Positions 9,871 to 20,000 of a DNA stretch of 20,000 nt are shown one piece after another. The DNA comes from Chiloscyllium plagiosum (Eukaryota): NCBI RefSeq assembly GCF_004010195.1, contig NC_057750.1:19393043-19413042 (forward strand), read 5' to 3'. Every line of letters starts with the position of its first letter. Positions within the stretch are counted from its first letter, which is position 1. Position numbers and translations under genes: made by a program. The notes under the pieces were generated by a model. That model worked only from the letters and a program-made list of their open reading frames with translations, was not told the DNA's origin and did no database searches.

Positions 9871-11200
9871 ACATATTGCTTTCCTGAATCTCTCTCTGTC
9901 TCCCCCTGGGTTCCCAGTTCCTCCTGCATTAGCCACTATCCTCTGTGATGTGGACATATTTGGCAATTCCACCATTGACACCTTCTGGGTGAAACTGGGG
10001 TATGACAGGTGTCATCCAGCTTTACCATTCAGGATTGCTGAGGACTTTGTCCAAAAGGCAAGTGGGGATAACCCTGACAATGCCATGCAGGCAGTGGGAT
10101 GAAGTATTGGCCCAATGACAGACATTTGCATCTGGACCCTATGCATGACACAGGGGGCTCACCAGAGGAATTTTGAAGTTGAATTCCTGATTGATGCTTT
10201 TAGCTACATCTGCCAGGGCTGCCACAGCTCTTTGGGAGATTCCAGGTTTCCACTGCCTTTGTGTGAAGACATCATTCCTGAATAACCTCGCTGCATAGTT
10301 GCAGTTCTACCCTCTTAATTTGGACTTTATCGATTCTATTTAATTGGAGAAAATGTCCATAGAAACCAAATATAACTGCACCTAACCTGAGATCTTATGG
10401 CCTGTGCATTGTAGGGCCTGGAAAGAAATGGATTCATTGTTGTAATTTTCAAAAACTCCATAGACTTTTGTCCTGTCCCAGAAGACTGGAAAACCATAGA
10501 TTTATAGTAAGAAAGGAGAGAGAAAAAACAGGCCTGTCAGCCATTGGGAAAATTCTAGGATCCGTTAGTGAAAGAAAAATCATGTTTGATCAATTTATTA
10601 GAATTCTTTGAGCATGTGATAAACATGGTGGATAAGGGAGAAGTAGCAAATGTAGTTTACATGAATCTCAAAAAGCCATTTGACATGGTGCTACATAAAA
10701 TGTAACTGCACAACATAAAAAGCTGTGTCAGAGGTGATCTATTCATGTGAATCGGGCAATGAATTGGGATAAAGAGATCAGTTTCAAGCAGCCAAGCTGA
10801 ACCAAGTGGAGTGTTATAGGAATCAGTGTGGGGTCCTCAACTATCTACAACTGATATAAATGACTAGGGAATGAAGGAACCAATTGTATTGAAGCCAAAT
10901 TTAGTGATGACATGACAAATCGATAAGAAACTAAATTATGAGGAGGATAGATGCATAAGATGGGTTAAGTGAATAGGTACAAAATTGACAGATGGAGTAT
11001 AAGATAGGAAAATGTGAGGCCGTCCACTTTGACAGGAAGAATGGAAAAAGAGAATATTATCTAAATGAGGGGAGATGACAGAACACTACACAGTCTCGGT
11101 GTCTTTGCTGAAGAAACACAAAACAGTGAGACTGCAGACCCAGTAAATAATTAGGAAGACAAAAGCATTGTTGGTCTTTATGGCAAGGTGGATGGAGTTC

Positions 11201-12592
11201 ATAGAATTACAATGAGCTTTATTGTCACACGCACTGGGATAAGTACAGTGAAAAGTTTACAAGTCGCCATTTACAGTGCCATCTTAAGTATCATGGTACC
11301 TAGGTACAGATTCTTAAGTACAAATTCTTAAGGGAAAAATGTTAGAAAAAATAAAGAATAAAAAGTCCAGCAATAAACTAGAAAAATAAAAAAAAAAGAG
11401 TTAACAACATCAGTCCTTTCAACCCACCTCGTGACGTGAGGTCTGAGTCCACGCTGAGGTGGGGCGTCTGAGTCCATGCTGATATGGGAAGTCTGAGTCC
11501 GCGCTGAGGCCGGTAATCCGAGTCCGCGCTGAGGCGGGGAGTCCGAGTCCATGCTAAGATAGGGAGCTTGAGTTCGTGCTGACGTGAGATGTCTGAGTCC
11601 ACGCTGAGGCCAGGAGTCTGAGTCCGCGCTGAGGCGCACTGAGGCAGGGATTCCGGGCCACGTTAAGGTGGGGAGTCTGAGTCCGCACTGAGGCCGAGGG
11701 TCTGAGACCGCACTGAGGCTGGGAGCCCTGCGTTTGCGCTGAGGTGGGGAGTCTGAGTCCGCACTGAGGTGGGGAGTCCCGATTCCACGCTGAGGCGGGG
11801 AGTCCGAGTCTGCGCTGAGGTGGGGAGTCCCGAGTCCGCGCTGAGGTGGGGAGTCCGAGTCTGTGCTGAGGTGGGGAGGCCAGGTTTGCGCTGAGCTTGG
11901 GGTGTCCAAATCCTCGCTGAGGTGGGAGTCCCGAATCCGTGCTGAGGCGGGGCGTCCGGGCCAGCGCTGAGGCGGGGAGTCTGAGTCCGCGCTGAGTTGG
12001 GGAGTCCTGGGTCCTCGCTGGGTTGGGGAGTCCGAGTCCTCGCTGAGGCGGGGAGTCCGAGTCCTCGCTGAGGCGGGGAGTCCAAGTCCTCGCTGGGTTG
12101 GGGAGTCCGAGTCCTCGCTGGGTTGGGGAGTCCGAGTCCTCGCTGAGGCGGGCTGTCCGAGTCCTCGCTGAGGCGGGGAGTCCGAGTCCTCGCTGAGGCG
12201 GAGAGTCCGAGTCCTCGCTGAGGCGGGGAGTCCGAGTCCTCGCTGAGGCGGGGAGTCCGAGTCCGCGCTGAGGCGGGGAGTCCGAGTCCGCGCTGAGGCG
12301 GGGAGGGGGAGTCCGAGTCCGCGCTGAGGCGGGGAGTCCGAGTCCGCGCTGAGGCGGGGAGTCCTGAGTCCTTGCTGAGGCGGGGAGGCCTGAGTCCATG
12401 CTGAGGTGGGGAGTCACAAGTTTGCACTGAGATGGGGAGTCCGTGCTGGTTTTCACCCTGGACATGGCCGATGCCACCTGAGGATGGATGGAAAAACAAA
12501 GAAAAACAAAGGCGGTAGGAAAGAGAGAAGAAAGAAGAGGAATGGACGGTCTCTAGTTCAGGAGTCCTACTCTGCCACCATCTTGGAAGAGG
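11201..12592 (-). mobile_element. Composite non-autonomous retroposon containing a central GC-rich VNTR
   Basis: Minus strand, 5' to 3': cctcttccAAGATGGTGGcagagtaggactcc, a pyrimidine tract, ~1 kb of 25-bp VNTR, a T-rich tract, then aagatggcactg...ttttcactgtac...gtgtgacAATAAAgctcattgtaattctat. Removing 11201-12592 rejoins the host CR1 (gagttc|aatattagcaaagtcttg). Confidence 0.75.
11438..12442. repeat. GC/CpG-rich minisatellite, ~25-bp unit GAGTCCGAGTCC(G/T)CGCTGAGGCGGG, about 40 copies
   Basis: Period 25 read directly (gggag at 12051 and 12076). The copy number is estimated as length divided by period. The unit contains an internal (GAGTCC)2. Confidence 0.97.
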
Positions 12593-13471
12593 AATATTAG
12601 CAAAGTCTTGGGCCAACCGGCCAGAGCATTGATGAGAACACATCTGGAGTACTGTGCAGATTGGCTAGTTTGTAAGATGCGCTGTCATTCCAAGCAGAGA
12701 AGGTTCATGAGGCTGATTGTGGGATGAGGGATTGTCATTTGAGGAAGCCTTGGGCCTCTGTTCATTAGAGTTTAGTTGCTTTACCTTATGAGGGAATCTA
12801 GAAATTAGGTTAAAATCAGGGATCTCCCAGTGAAGGTGGAGGAATTTCTTCCCTCAGGAGTCCATTAGTATTTGGAATGCACTCCTGAAGTGAGCAAGGA
12901 GACTGGGGTATTGAATACATTCAGGGCTGTATTTGACAGATTTTTGATTGCAAAAGATTCATGGAGCAGGCATGAAAGTGGAGTTAAGGCTGCATCAAAT
13001 GGATTACAATCCTATCAGATTGCAGAACAGCCTTGTAGGGCTGAATGGCCTGTTCCTATTCCAATTTCTGATGTTCCTATATTCTCATGTGCGTGTAATC
13101 ATCTCACAGACTTCAATTAGGTCCTCCTTTAATCTTCTTGAGGGAATACAACTGGAGTTGACAGACGCTGGCATTATAAATTAGGCAAGCTATCCATCTC
13201 AATCATTAACTGTTGGCAATGACCTTTAAAGTGGAACCAATGGTGGACATGTTCAGAGGTCAACTAGTCACTACAGAAGCCAACTAGAGAAAACTTCAAA
13301 AAGTGGGGGAAGGGAGACAGATTGGGATGAGGGAGGAGAAATGAGCTCTCGAATTCTTAAACGAACTCCGTAGGCTGAATGGTCTCCTTCTGTGGCATAA
13401 TGACTATAACATTACAATGAGTCCTGACTGAGTGTTATTGCAGGTTGAATAATGTGTGTTTCCTCTTCTAG

Positions 13472-13587
13472 TTCTGCCAGACACACCAGACAATGTGACA
13501 GTGACCTTCACAAGCTCCCGTGCTCTTGGAGTCTCATGGGATGCTGGCTTCAGTGGCTTTATTCCATTTACCTCCTGTACTGTCCAG
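13472..13587 (+). CDS. axl: Internal coding exon (116 nt, phase 1-0) of AXL-like TAM receptor; N-terminal half of first fibronectin type III domain
   Basis: Acceptor tttcctcttctag (AG 13470-13471) and donor CAG|GTAAGC at 13588. Translates (L)LPDTPDNVTVTFTSSRALGVSWDAGFSGFIPFTSCTVQ, colinear with recalled AXL LPQQPRNLHLVSRQPTELEVAWTPGLSGIYPLTHCTLQ. The phase matches exon 4120-4200 (C+TT = Leu). Confidence 0.92.
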
Positions 13588-13649
13588 GTAAGCTCTCCTA
13601 TCCCTGAGTGAGCAAGTTATGGATTAAAGGCACAGCAGCTTGTGGTTAG

Positions 13650-13885
13650 TCTAGGCTGACACTTTGCAGTACTGAGTGAATACTGTGTAGCAGTAAAACT
13701 GGGATGTGGTACCCTCTTTCGACTAAATGAAAAAAAAATTGTGGCAAGGTTTAGCAATGAGCAGGGGATAGTTTTTAAGCCTCAACTAATCTCGGTCAAA
13801 CCGGTTAGCTGTCCATTTTCATTAATGCTCTGTGTGTGGTGTAAAGCCAGTTGAAATGGTGTGAAATGCTATATAAATGCAAATG
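13650..13885 (+). mobile_element. Degraded Deu/SacSINE-like remnant
   Basis: ctaggctgacact..gcagtactgag, gagcagggga, cctcaac and the characteristic 3' end gtgaaatgctatataaatgcaa match a recalled consensus. Confidence 0.5.
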
Positions 13886-15257
13886 GGACAATATGCTAGA
13901 GGGCGTATTAAATAATTACAAAGACAGTGTGTTAAATTGAAGAATGAAGCAAGAGAAATCAGGCTTTCATACAAGTTGCAGAAAATGAGAAAAATGCTAG
14001 CGATCAAGGAAAAGTTCTCTCGGAAATGGATGGGGCCGTGGGGTTTGCCTTCACTGTTTGCAGCATTTGTTTGACTTTTTTTTCTAAAGCTATTACCTCC
14101 CTGGGCTGCCATTGGGAGGCCAGGTTCCAACCGTCAGGGTTTGGAAAATGTGTAATAGCCCAGTAAAATGAGCCAAAGGCTCTCCCACGTCCTTGTGGTG
14201 AGAAGCCTGTCTGATCTGATTTCCAGTAAAGGGTCATGGTCAGTGAACTAGGCTTGTCATGGCTTCCTGGGATTTTAATCAGCCTACCTGCCTTCTTCCT
14301 ACCCTTATACAGACCAAATTCTTCCCATTTACCTCTGCCTTGCTCTTGGGTAGAATTTGTACCATGAAGTTGGGAAATTTCCTCACTCGGTTCACTCACC
14401 TTGGGGAACATTGCCCCTGAAAGGCACGTTTTGTATTCCAGAGGGGAGTGCATGTGGGATACAGTGGTGCTGGATACAGAGCAGAGGTGGCCACAGAAGT
14501 TACCAAGTGCTGAGGCCAACTTTGTCCCATTAGATTCACTAAATATTAGATCCTCTAGACATCACACCTCACGGCCCCTCATCCCTGCAACCATGCCCAT
14601 GTGTGCCAACAATGCCAACACATGACACCACCTCCCCTCCAACTACTACTGTTGGCCTCTCATGCAATTCATGCCTACTCACAGCCTGCTCATTACGTGT
14701 GGTTGGCTAAGAGTTCAACAGACGATGCACTTCAGAGTGGGATTTAGACATCCTGGCTGCATCCACCATTTTGCAACATTCATGGTGTATCCCCAATTAC
14801 AAAAAAAACTGACCTCCCCCTCCATTTCTTTCTGTCTGTCTGTCTGTCTATTTTTGTCCCTCTCTCTGTCTCCTTCTCCCTCAGCTTCTTATCCTCGTTG
14901 TCTCTTTCTCTTTTGTTCATCTGCTGAAATACAAGTCCCAGGTTTTTGGTGAGTGAGAAGTTAACTTCAGTGACTAGAAACTCTTGATACATGCCAAGCA
15001 CTGAGTAATGCTTTGAACTTTTTTCCACTGGTTTGATCATCGCTTCGGACTGAATAGAAGGTTGTTTAAGACTTTGCTTGGAGCTGGTTCTGTAACAGGA
15101 GATCTGTGCTGCATCATTCCAGGTCTTTACACACTCGAGTGCTGCAGATGACTAAAGTCTGAGCCAGTCAGAGTGAAAGCAAACTGCCCCTCACTGGGCA
15201 GTTCTTCAAACATCTCACCATTAAAAAGATTTTAATTCATCAACTGAAACCTTCATC

Positions 15258-15434
15258 GTGTGTGTGTCTGTGTGTGTGTGTGTGTCTGAGAAAGAGTGTG
15301 TGTGTGTGTATGTATGCGTGTCTGTGTGTATGTATGTGTCTGAGAGTGTGTGTGTGTGTGTCTGTATGTATGTGTGTATATATGAGTGTGTGTGTGACTG
15401 TATGTGTGTGTGTATGTATATATGTGTGTGTGTG
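15258..15434. repeat. Compound (TG)n/(TATG)n microsatellite
   Basis: Direct reading: ~175 bp of TG repeats interrupted by TCTG, TATG and GAGA. Confidence 0.97.
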
Positions 15435-15789
15435 AACCTTCGTGTAGAAAGGTATACTGTTCCTACTGTTTTTTTGGGCTGTGTGCATAATCTCTCCTCA
15501 ATTTACCATGTTCACAGAACAGGAGGAAGAGTGGCTGCACCCCCAGCTGAGGGTGATGGGCTGGAGGCAGGAGAGGGGCCGACATGAGGCCAGTGCTGAA
15601 TTGGAGAACTTCAGCTGAGTCACAGTGAATGTGACAAGAAAGGCAGAGAGACTAAAAATGGAGCATGGGGCCCAGAGTGGCGCAAGAAGTAGGGTGAGGA
15701 GGGTGGTGGGGTGCTGCTGGTCAGATGGCAGTACATACTGCAGACATGTCAGCAATTTAAAGAAGATTGAAGAGACAGTGGTGGGATCA

Positions 15790-16815
15790 CAAAGTTTCCT
15801 GGGACATGGGCAGTCCAGGCTAGGCCAAACATTTATTGCTCATCTGTAATTCCTCCTTGAGTAGGTGGTGGTGAGCTGCCTTCTTGAACTGCTGGATGTC
15901 AGGGCAACCACAATGCTTTTGTGGAGGGAATTCCAGGATTTTGACCCAGTAACACTGAAGGACGAGTAATATATTTCCAAGTCAGGATAGTGTGTGGTTT
16001 TGACGGGAACTTGCAGCTAATGGTGTTCCCACATATCTGCTTGCCTTGCCCTTCTAGATGGTAATAATTGTCGGTTTGGAAGGTGCTGTCAGAGGACGTT
16101 TAAAGTTACTACTGTGCATTTGTAGGTCAGACACACTGCTTCTATTGTGTCTCTTTGGCAGAGGGGTTGAAATTAGAGGCAGGAGCTGAGGTGAAAATCA
16201 AGTAGGGTGCTTTGTTCTAGATGATGGAAACTAGTCCATTACAATTCTGTCTTGTGCCGAGTAGATGCTGGACACACTTCAGGGAGCCAGAAGGTGAATT
16301 ACTTGTTGTAGAGATCCCAGCCTCTGACCTGCTACAAGTTCACTTAAGATTCTAATCAATGGTAACTGTCAGGATGTTAATAGTCAGGGGATTCAACAAC
16401 TGCAATGTCATCGAATGTCAATGGGAGGTCACGAGATTCACTCTTGTTGGAGATGGTCATCACTTGTGTTTGGCATGCATGTTACTTGCCACATATCAAC
16501 TCAAACCTAAGTGTTGTCCAGATCTTGTGACACATTGACACTGATTTCAGTATCTGAGGTATTACAAATGGTGCTGAACATTGCAGAATCGTTAGTGGAA
16601 GTCCCCACTTGAGAGCTCATGTCGAGTGAAGGTCATTAATGAAGCATCTGACGATTTTTGGGCCTAGGACACTACCCTGAGGAATTCCTGCAGAGGTGCC
16701 CTGGGGCTGAGATGACTGACCTCCAACAACTGCAACCATTTTCCTATGTCCCAGATGTGACTCCCTGATTCATATTGGCTGTTAGTTTGCTCAGACTTCT
16801 CAATGCCACACTTGG
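15790..16815 (-). mobile_element. 5'-truncated degraded CR1/L2-superfamily LINE (RT C-terminal part to 3' end)
   Basis: The minus strand at ~16660-16690 reads GIPQGSVLGP, followed by a F.NDL-like motif (ttcattaatgacctt). The 3' end ggctaggccaaacatttattgc...ggtggtggtgagctgccttcttgaac lies near 15815-15890. Confidence 0.8.
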
Positions 16816-17104
16816 TGAGAGTGGCTCCCCTTGAATCACGGCATGGGTCAGGAGACTGGTTAAGAGAGGAGCATAGATGGACATTTCCATTACGCAGCAG
16901 ACAACCTGCTGTCACATGGCTGAATTTGGAAGTTGAATCAAGTCTCACTGAAGTTAATGGTACGAGAGATGATGAGCCTTGGCAGAAAAAATAAGCTGAT
17001 GCAGAAAAATCTCCTCTGGAACAAGGAGACTTGGAACTGTGACCTTTTGTGCTGTCACAGTGTACCAAATTACTTTTACATCTGATGTGATACTTCTGTG
17101 GGAA

Positions 17105-17320
17105 TCACACACTGACCAATTTACACACAGCAAGGTGCCTCAACCACCAGAGAGATGAATGACCAGACAATTTGTTACAGTTTGAGGAATAAATATTGGC
17201 CAGAACACCAGGGTGATTTCCTGAACAGTTCTTCAAAGTTGTGCTATGGGATCTTTTAAATCTTCCCTTGTTTGACATATCATTCGAAACAAGGTATCTC
17301 TAAACTGCACTAAATCCCAC
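17105..17320 (-). mobile_element. Deu-domain SINE (SacSINE1/AmnSINE-like) fragment
   Basis: The minus strand has aaaagatcccatagcacaactttgaagaac...ctggtgttctggccaatatttattcctcaa...tctggtcattcatc...cttgctgtgtgtaaattgg, matching the recalled Deu core. Confidence 0.7.
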
Positions 17321-17327
17321 TTGAGAC

Positions 17328-18053
17328 CTTAATGGTAAGGTCCTGGGGAGTGTTGCCGAACAAAGAGGCCTTGGAGTACAGGTTCATAGTTCCTTGAAAG
17401 TGAAGTTGCAGGTAGACAGGGTGGTGAAGAAGGCTTTTGGTATGCTTTCTTTTATTGGTCAGTGCATTGAATATAGGAGTTGGGGGAGTAATGTTGCAGC
17501 TGAATAGGATCGGTTAGGCCACTTTTGGAATAATGCATGCAATTCTGGTCTCCCTGTTGTAGGAAAGTTGTTGTGAAATTTCAGCAACGACTTAAAGGAT
17601 GTTTCCAGGGTTGGAGGATTTGAGCTAAAGGGAGTGGCTGAATAGGTTGAGGGTGTTTCCCTGGAGCGTCAGAGGCTGAGGGGTGACCTTATAGAGGTTT
17701 ATAAAATCATGAGGCGCATGGATAGGGTAAATAGACAGGGTCTTTTCCCCAGAAAAGGGAAGTCCAAAACTAGAGGACTTAGGTTCAGGGTGAGAGGGGA
17801 AAGATATAAAAGGGACCTAAGGGGCAACCTTTTCATGCAGAGGGTGGTACGTGTATGGAATGAGCTGCCAGAGGGAGTGATGGCGGCTGGTACAAATATA
17901 ACATTTAAAAGGCATCTGGATGGGTACAAGAATAGGAAGCATTTAGAGCAATATGAGCCAAATGCTGACAAATGGGACTAGGTTAATTTAGAATATTTGG
18001 TCAGCATTTGGATCAAAGGGTCTGTTTCTGTGCTGTATACCCCTATGACTCTC
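17328..18053 (+). mobile_element. 5'-truncated CR1/HER1-type LINE, second copy of the family at 2203-3055
   Basis: Colinear with 2302-3035 (e.g. identical gaggctgaggggtgaccttatagaggttt and gtgtatggaatgagctgccagagg). It has frameshifts and stops and ends ccctatgactct. Confidence 0.95.
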
Positions 18054-18271
18054 CAGGTTGTTCTGCTATAATGTGCGTTTTGCTAATGCAAATTCATTGT
18101 AACGCGATTGACGATTTGGGGACACGTTTTCTAAAGTGCTAACTTTTAACGCGTGTATTGGTTATAACATGATTTCAGCCCTACTAATTTAAATGGTGCT
18201 GCTATTACACAATTTTCTTATAAATGGGATTGCACGAGAATGGAACTACCATATTATAGCAGAACCAACTG
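18054..18271. mobile_element. 218-bp MITE, Tc1/mariner-Tigger (pogo)-like
   Basis: TIRs caggttgttctgctataatgtg (18054-18075) versus the reverse complement of 18250-18271, cagttggttctgctataatatg (19/22 match). CAG termini. TA follows the right end; TC (possibly mutated TA) precedes the left end. Confidence 0.75.
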
Positions 18272-18839
18272 TATTACTGTATGGGAGAATGTATTCAAAT
18301 CCCTACAGTAAGGCCTGAATTAATGATCTTAGGGTGGTAAAGAAAACCAGGGCTTTTGCAGTGGGAACTGTTTAGGCTTAACTGACTGCAGTACAGTGTC
18401 AACCAGAACTAAGGGCCAAATATAGTCATTGCCAAAATATAGCAGCATTGGCAGTAATCCCCATAATGCAGTATTCCAGAGAGACTGATGAGTAGGTAGA
18501 ATCAGTCTGTTATTCAAGGCTCTCGGCCAAACCCAATTGGCATTCACACCGCTGTAAACAATCCCAGTTAGTCTGGCAGGAACTTGGGACTCTCATTGGA
18601 CAGTAAGAGTGAGAAAGAAGCTTTTGTCACAACAAAACCATGCCTGTAAATTGGATTATGATCAAATTGTAGTGATGTTGGATTAAGGAGGGACGGGTGG
18701 TGGACCTGAGCTTGTGTTGATCTTCCTTTCCACACTTCTCCCTGTTGTCAGCTAAGGCCCAATAGAGGCTTTTCCTATTATTCAGCAAATGGACTCTCAG
18801 GTATCTGACAGTCCATGGATTACATGGATTGGGACCTTA

Positions 18840-19665
18840 ATACTGAAGGATGCAGAATAGGAAACTGGAAAAGCTGAGTGGTGCTTCGTTAATGGATGAT
18901 AGTATTAGCACAATAGAGACGGATATCCTGTGATCAGGAAACGAGGATGTAGATGTGGTTTGGGTAAAGATGGGAAATGATTGAAGCCAGTTTCTGGAGA
19001 ATAGCATACACATAGTATAAAGGAAGAAGTAAACAGACCTTGTCAGAAAGATATGCAATAATCAAGGAGGATTTTAATTTACACATAGACTAGAAAAGTC
19101 AGATTGGCAAAGTTAGCCCAAATAAGGATTTGTAGAATATTGTAGAATATGGTCTCTTAGAGTAGAAAGTTTGGATCTAACCAGGGGGCCAGATATGCTA
19201 GACTTAGTATTGTGCAATTACATATAATTAATTCATGATCTCTGTGAAGGTGCCGTTATGTAGCAGTGATTAAAATATGATTGGATCTTATTTTCACTTT
19301 TAGAGAGAGAAGAGTAGGTCAAAAACTAGTATTTTAAAATTAAACTTAATGGCAATTATGAGTCATGAAAATAGGGACAGTTAAACTGACATTTAAGAGG
19401 ATATTTCACAATACAAAAAATATGGACTTCAATGTGAAAGAATCAAGAAAGATCCAACATCTGTGATTAACTTGAAAGACTAAAAATAGTATCAAACTTA
19501 ACGAGATGGATTTTCTCCTAGGATCTTACGAAGTGACTAGTGAGATAGTTGATGAATTGTTTTTCATTTTGTAAAATGTCCTTGACCCAGGGAAGGTCTC
19601 ATTATATTCGAAGATATAAAAAAGGGAAGGAAACAGAAAGCAGAAAGCAGGAAACTACAATTTGT
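18840..19665 (+). mobile_element. Old degraded, internally deleted CR1 LINE (AP endonuclease region and following ORF2)
   Basis: GDFN (ggaggattttaat ~19066), PTR..A.LDLVL.N-like (ctaaccagggggccagatatgctagacttagtattgtgcaat) and SDH-like (agcagtgattaa) motifs, then KKG...KAGNY-like sequence near 19620-19660. Confidence 0.7.
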
Positions 19666-19694
19666 GGTATAAGTAACTACCTATATGTAGGCTT

Positions 19695-20000
19695 AACATA
19701 GAACATAGAACAATACAGCACAGAACAGGCCCTTCGGCCCACGATGTTGTGCCGAACATTTGTCCTAGCTTAAGCACCTATCCATGTACCTATCCAATTG
19801 CCGCTTAAAGGTCACCAATGATTCTGACTCTGCCACTCCCACAGGCAGCGCATTCCATGCCCCCACCACTCTTTGGGTAAAAAACCTATCCCTGACATCC
19901 CCCCTATACTTTCTACCCTTCACCTTAAATTTATATCCCATTGTAACACTCTGTTGTACCCAGGGAAAAAGTCTCTGACTGTCTACTCTATCTATTCCCC
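19695..20000 (-). mobile_element. Younger CR1-type LINE 3' end (runs off window end)
   Basis: Tail (aacatag)2 = (CTATGTT)n on the minus strand, 3' UTR acaggcccttcggcccacgatgttgtgccg, and WNALP (cattccatgc) and FTQRVVG motifs on the minus strand. Confidence 0.9.

Larger units (their letters stand above)
10420..13085 (+). mobile_element. Old degraded CR1 LINE (RT domain to 3' end), split by the insertion at 11201-12592
   Basis: Decayed RT motifs: NLLEFFE (10593-10613), KAFD.V.H-like (~10670-10700), KFADD-like aaatttagtgatgac (~10897-10911), WQMEY-like (~10986). After the insert it resumes with L.R.HLEYC (ttgatgagaacacatctggagtactgt) and QRRF.RLI, and ends gggctgaatggcctgttcct...tgttcctat. Confidence 0.8.
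4201..13471 (+). other. axl: GT-AG intron (9271 nt) between the Ig2-end and FN3-start exons
   Basis: GT at 4201 and AG at 13470-13471. Splicing gives a continuous ...SRTANVKLLPDTP... matching AXL ...SRTATITVLPQQP..., with no residues missing, so no intervening constitutive exon is needed. Confidence 0.88.

Noticed and set aside
9863..10102. 79-aa ORF as a possible cassette exon
   Set aside because: It has no recognisable homology, and the two flanking exons already join without a gap relative to AXL.
6818..10278. Cluster of TEAD-like CATTCC/GGAATG hexamers as a stand-alone enhancer signal
   Set aside because: The hexamer occurs about once per kb across the whole window, including inside LINEs, so the local excess is not convincing.
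11438..12442. Possible CRISPR-like array
   Set aside because: The units are head-to-tail with no unique spacers, there are no cas genes, and the context is a vertebrate intron.
11328..12643. Long minus-strand ORFs (193, 307, 326 aa) with 25-aa repeats such as DSDSPPQRGLGLPASARTRTPRLSE
   Set aside because: Artefact of a 25-nt unit lacking stop codons on the minus strand. All three frames give the same peptide cycle (3 units = 25 codons), and there is no domain or splice support.
15240..15587. His/Thr-rich and Val/Cys-rich ORFs
   Set aside because: These are translations of the (TG)n microsatellite.
13588..20000. Next axl exon (rest of FN3-1, expected L.P...Y.(I/V)RV.C....G.S.W motif)
   Set aside because: I found no matching frame with splice sites by eye. 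It probably lies beyond the window, though a diverged exon could have been missed. Likewise no upstream Ig2 exon was found in 1-4119.

Overview
Vertebrate genomic DNA, almost certainly from a cartilaginous fish. The HE1-type SINE, CR1/HER1 LINEs, Deu-type SINEs and Penelope hairpin element resemble those of carpet/bamboo sharks; this taxonomy is inferred from recalled repeat families, not from a search. The window lies inside a + strand TAM-family receptor tyrosine kinase gene, best matching AXL. Two small coding exons missed by the ORF track splice in frame across a 9271-nt intron: 4120-4200 (81 nt, end of Ig domain 2) and 13472-13587 (116 nt, start of FN3 domain 1). The rest is intron, roughly half of it recognisable transposon debris with several nested insertions. 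The long ORFs in the track are LINE fragments or repeat artefacts. The two most notable non-coding structures are: (i) a 232-bp TSD-flanked Penelope-type hairpin with a hammerhead-ribozyme core in the sense orientation of the intron, and (ii) a ~1.4-kb composite non-autonomous retroposon built around a GC-rich 25-bp VNTR (SVA-like layout) inserted in an old CR1. Neither is shown here to be novel; both need repeat-library checks.
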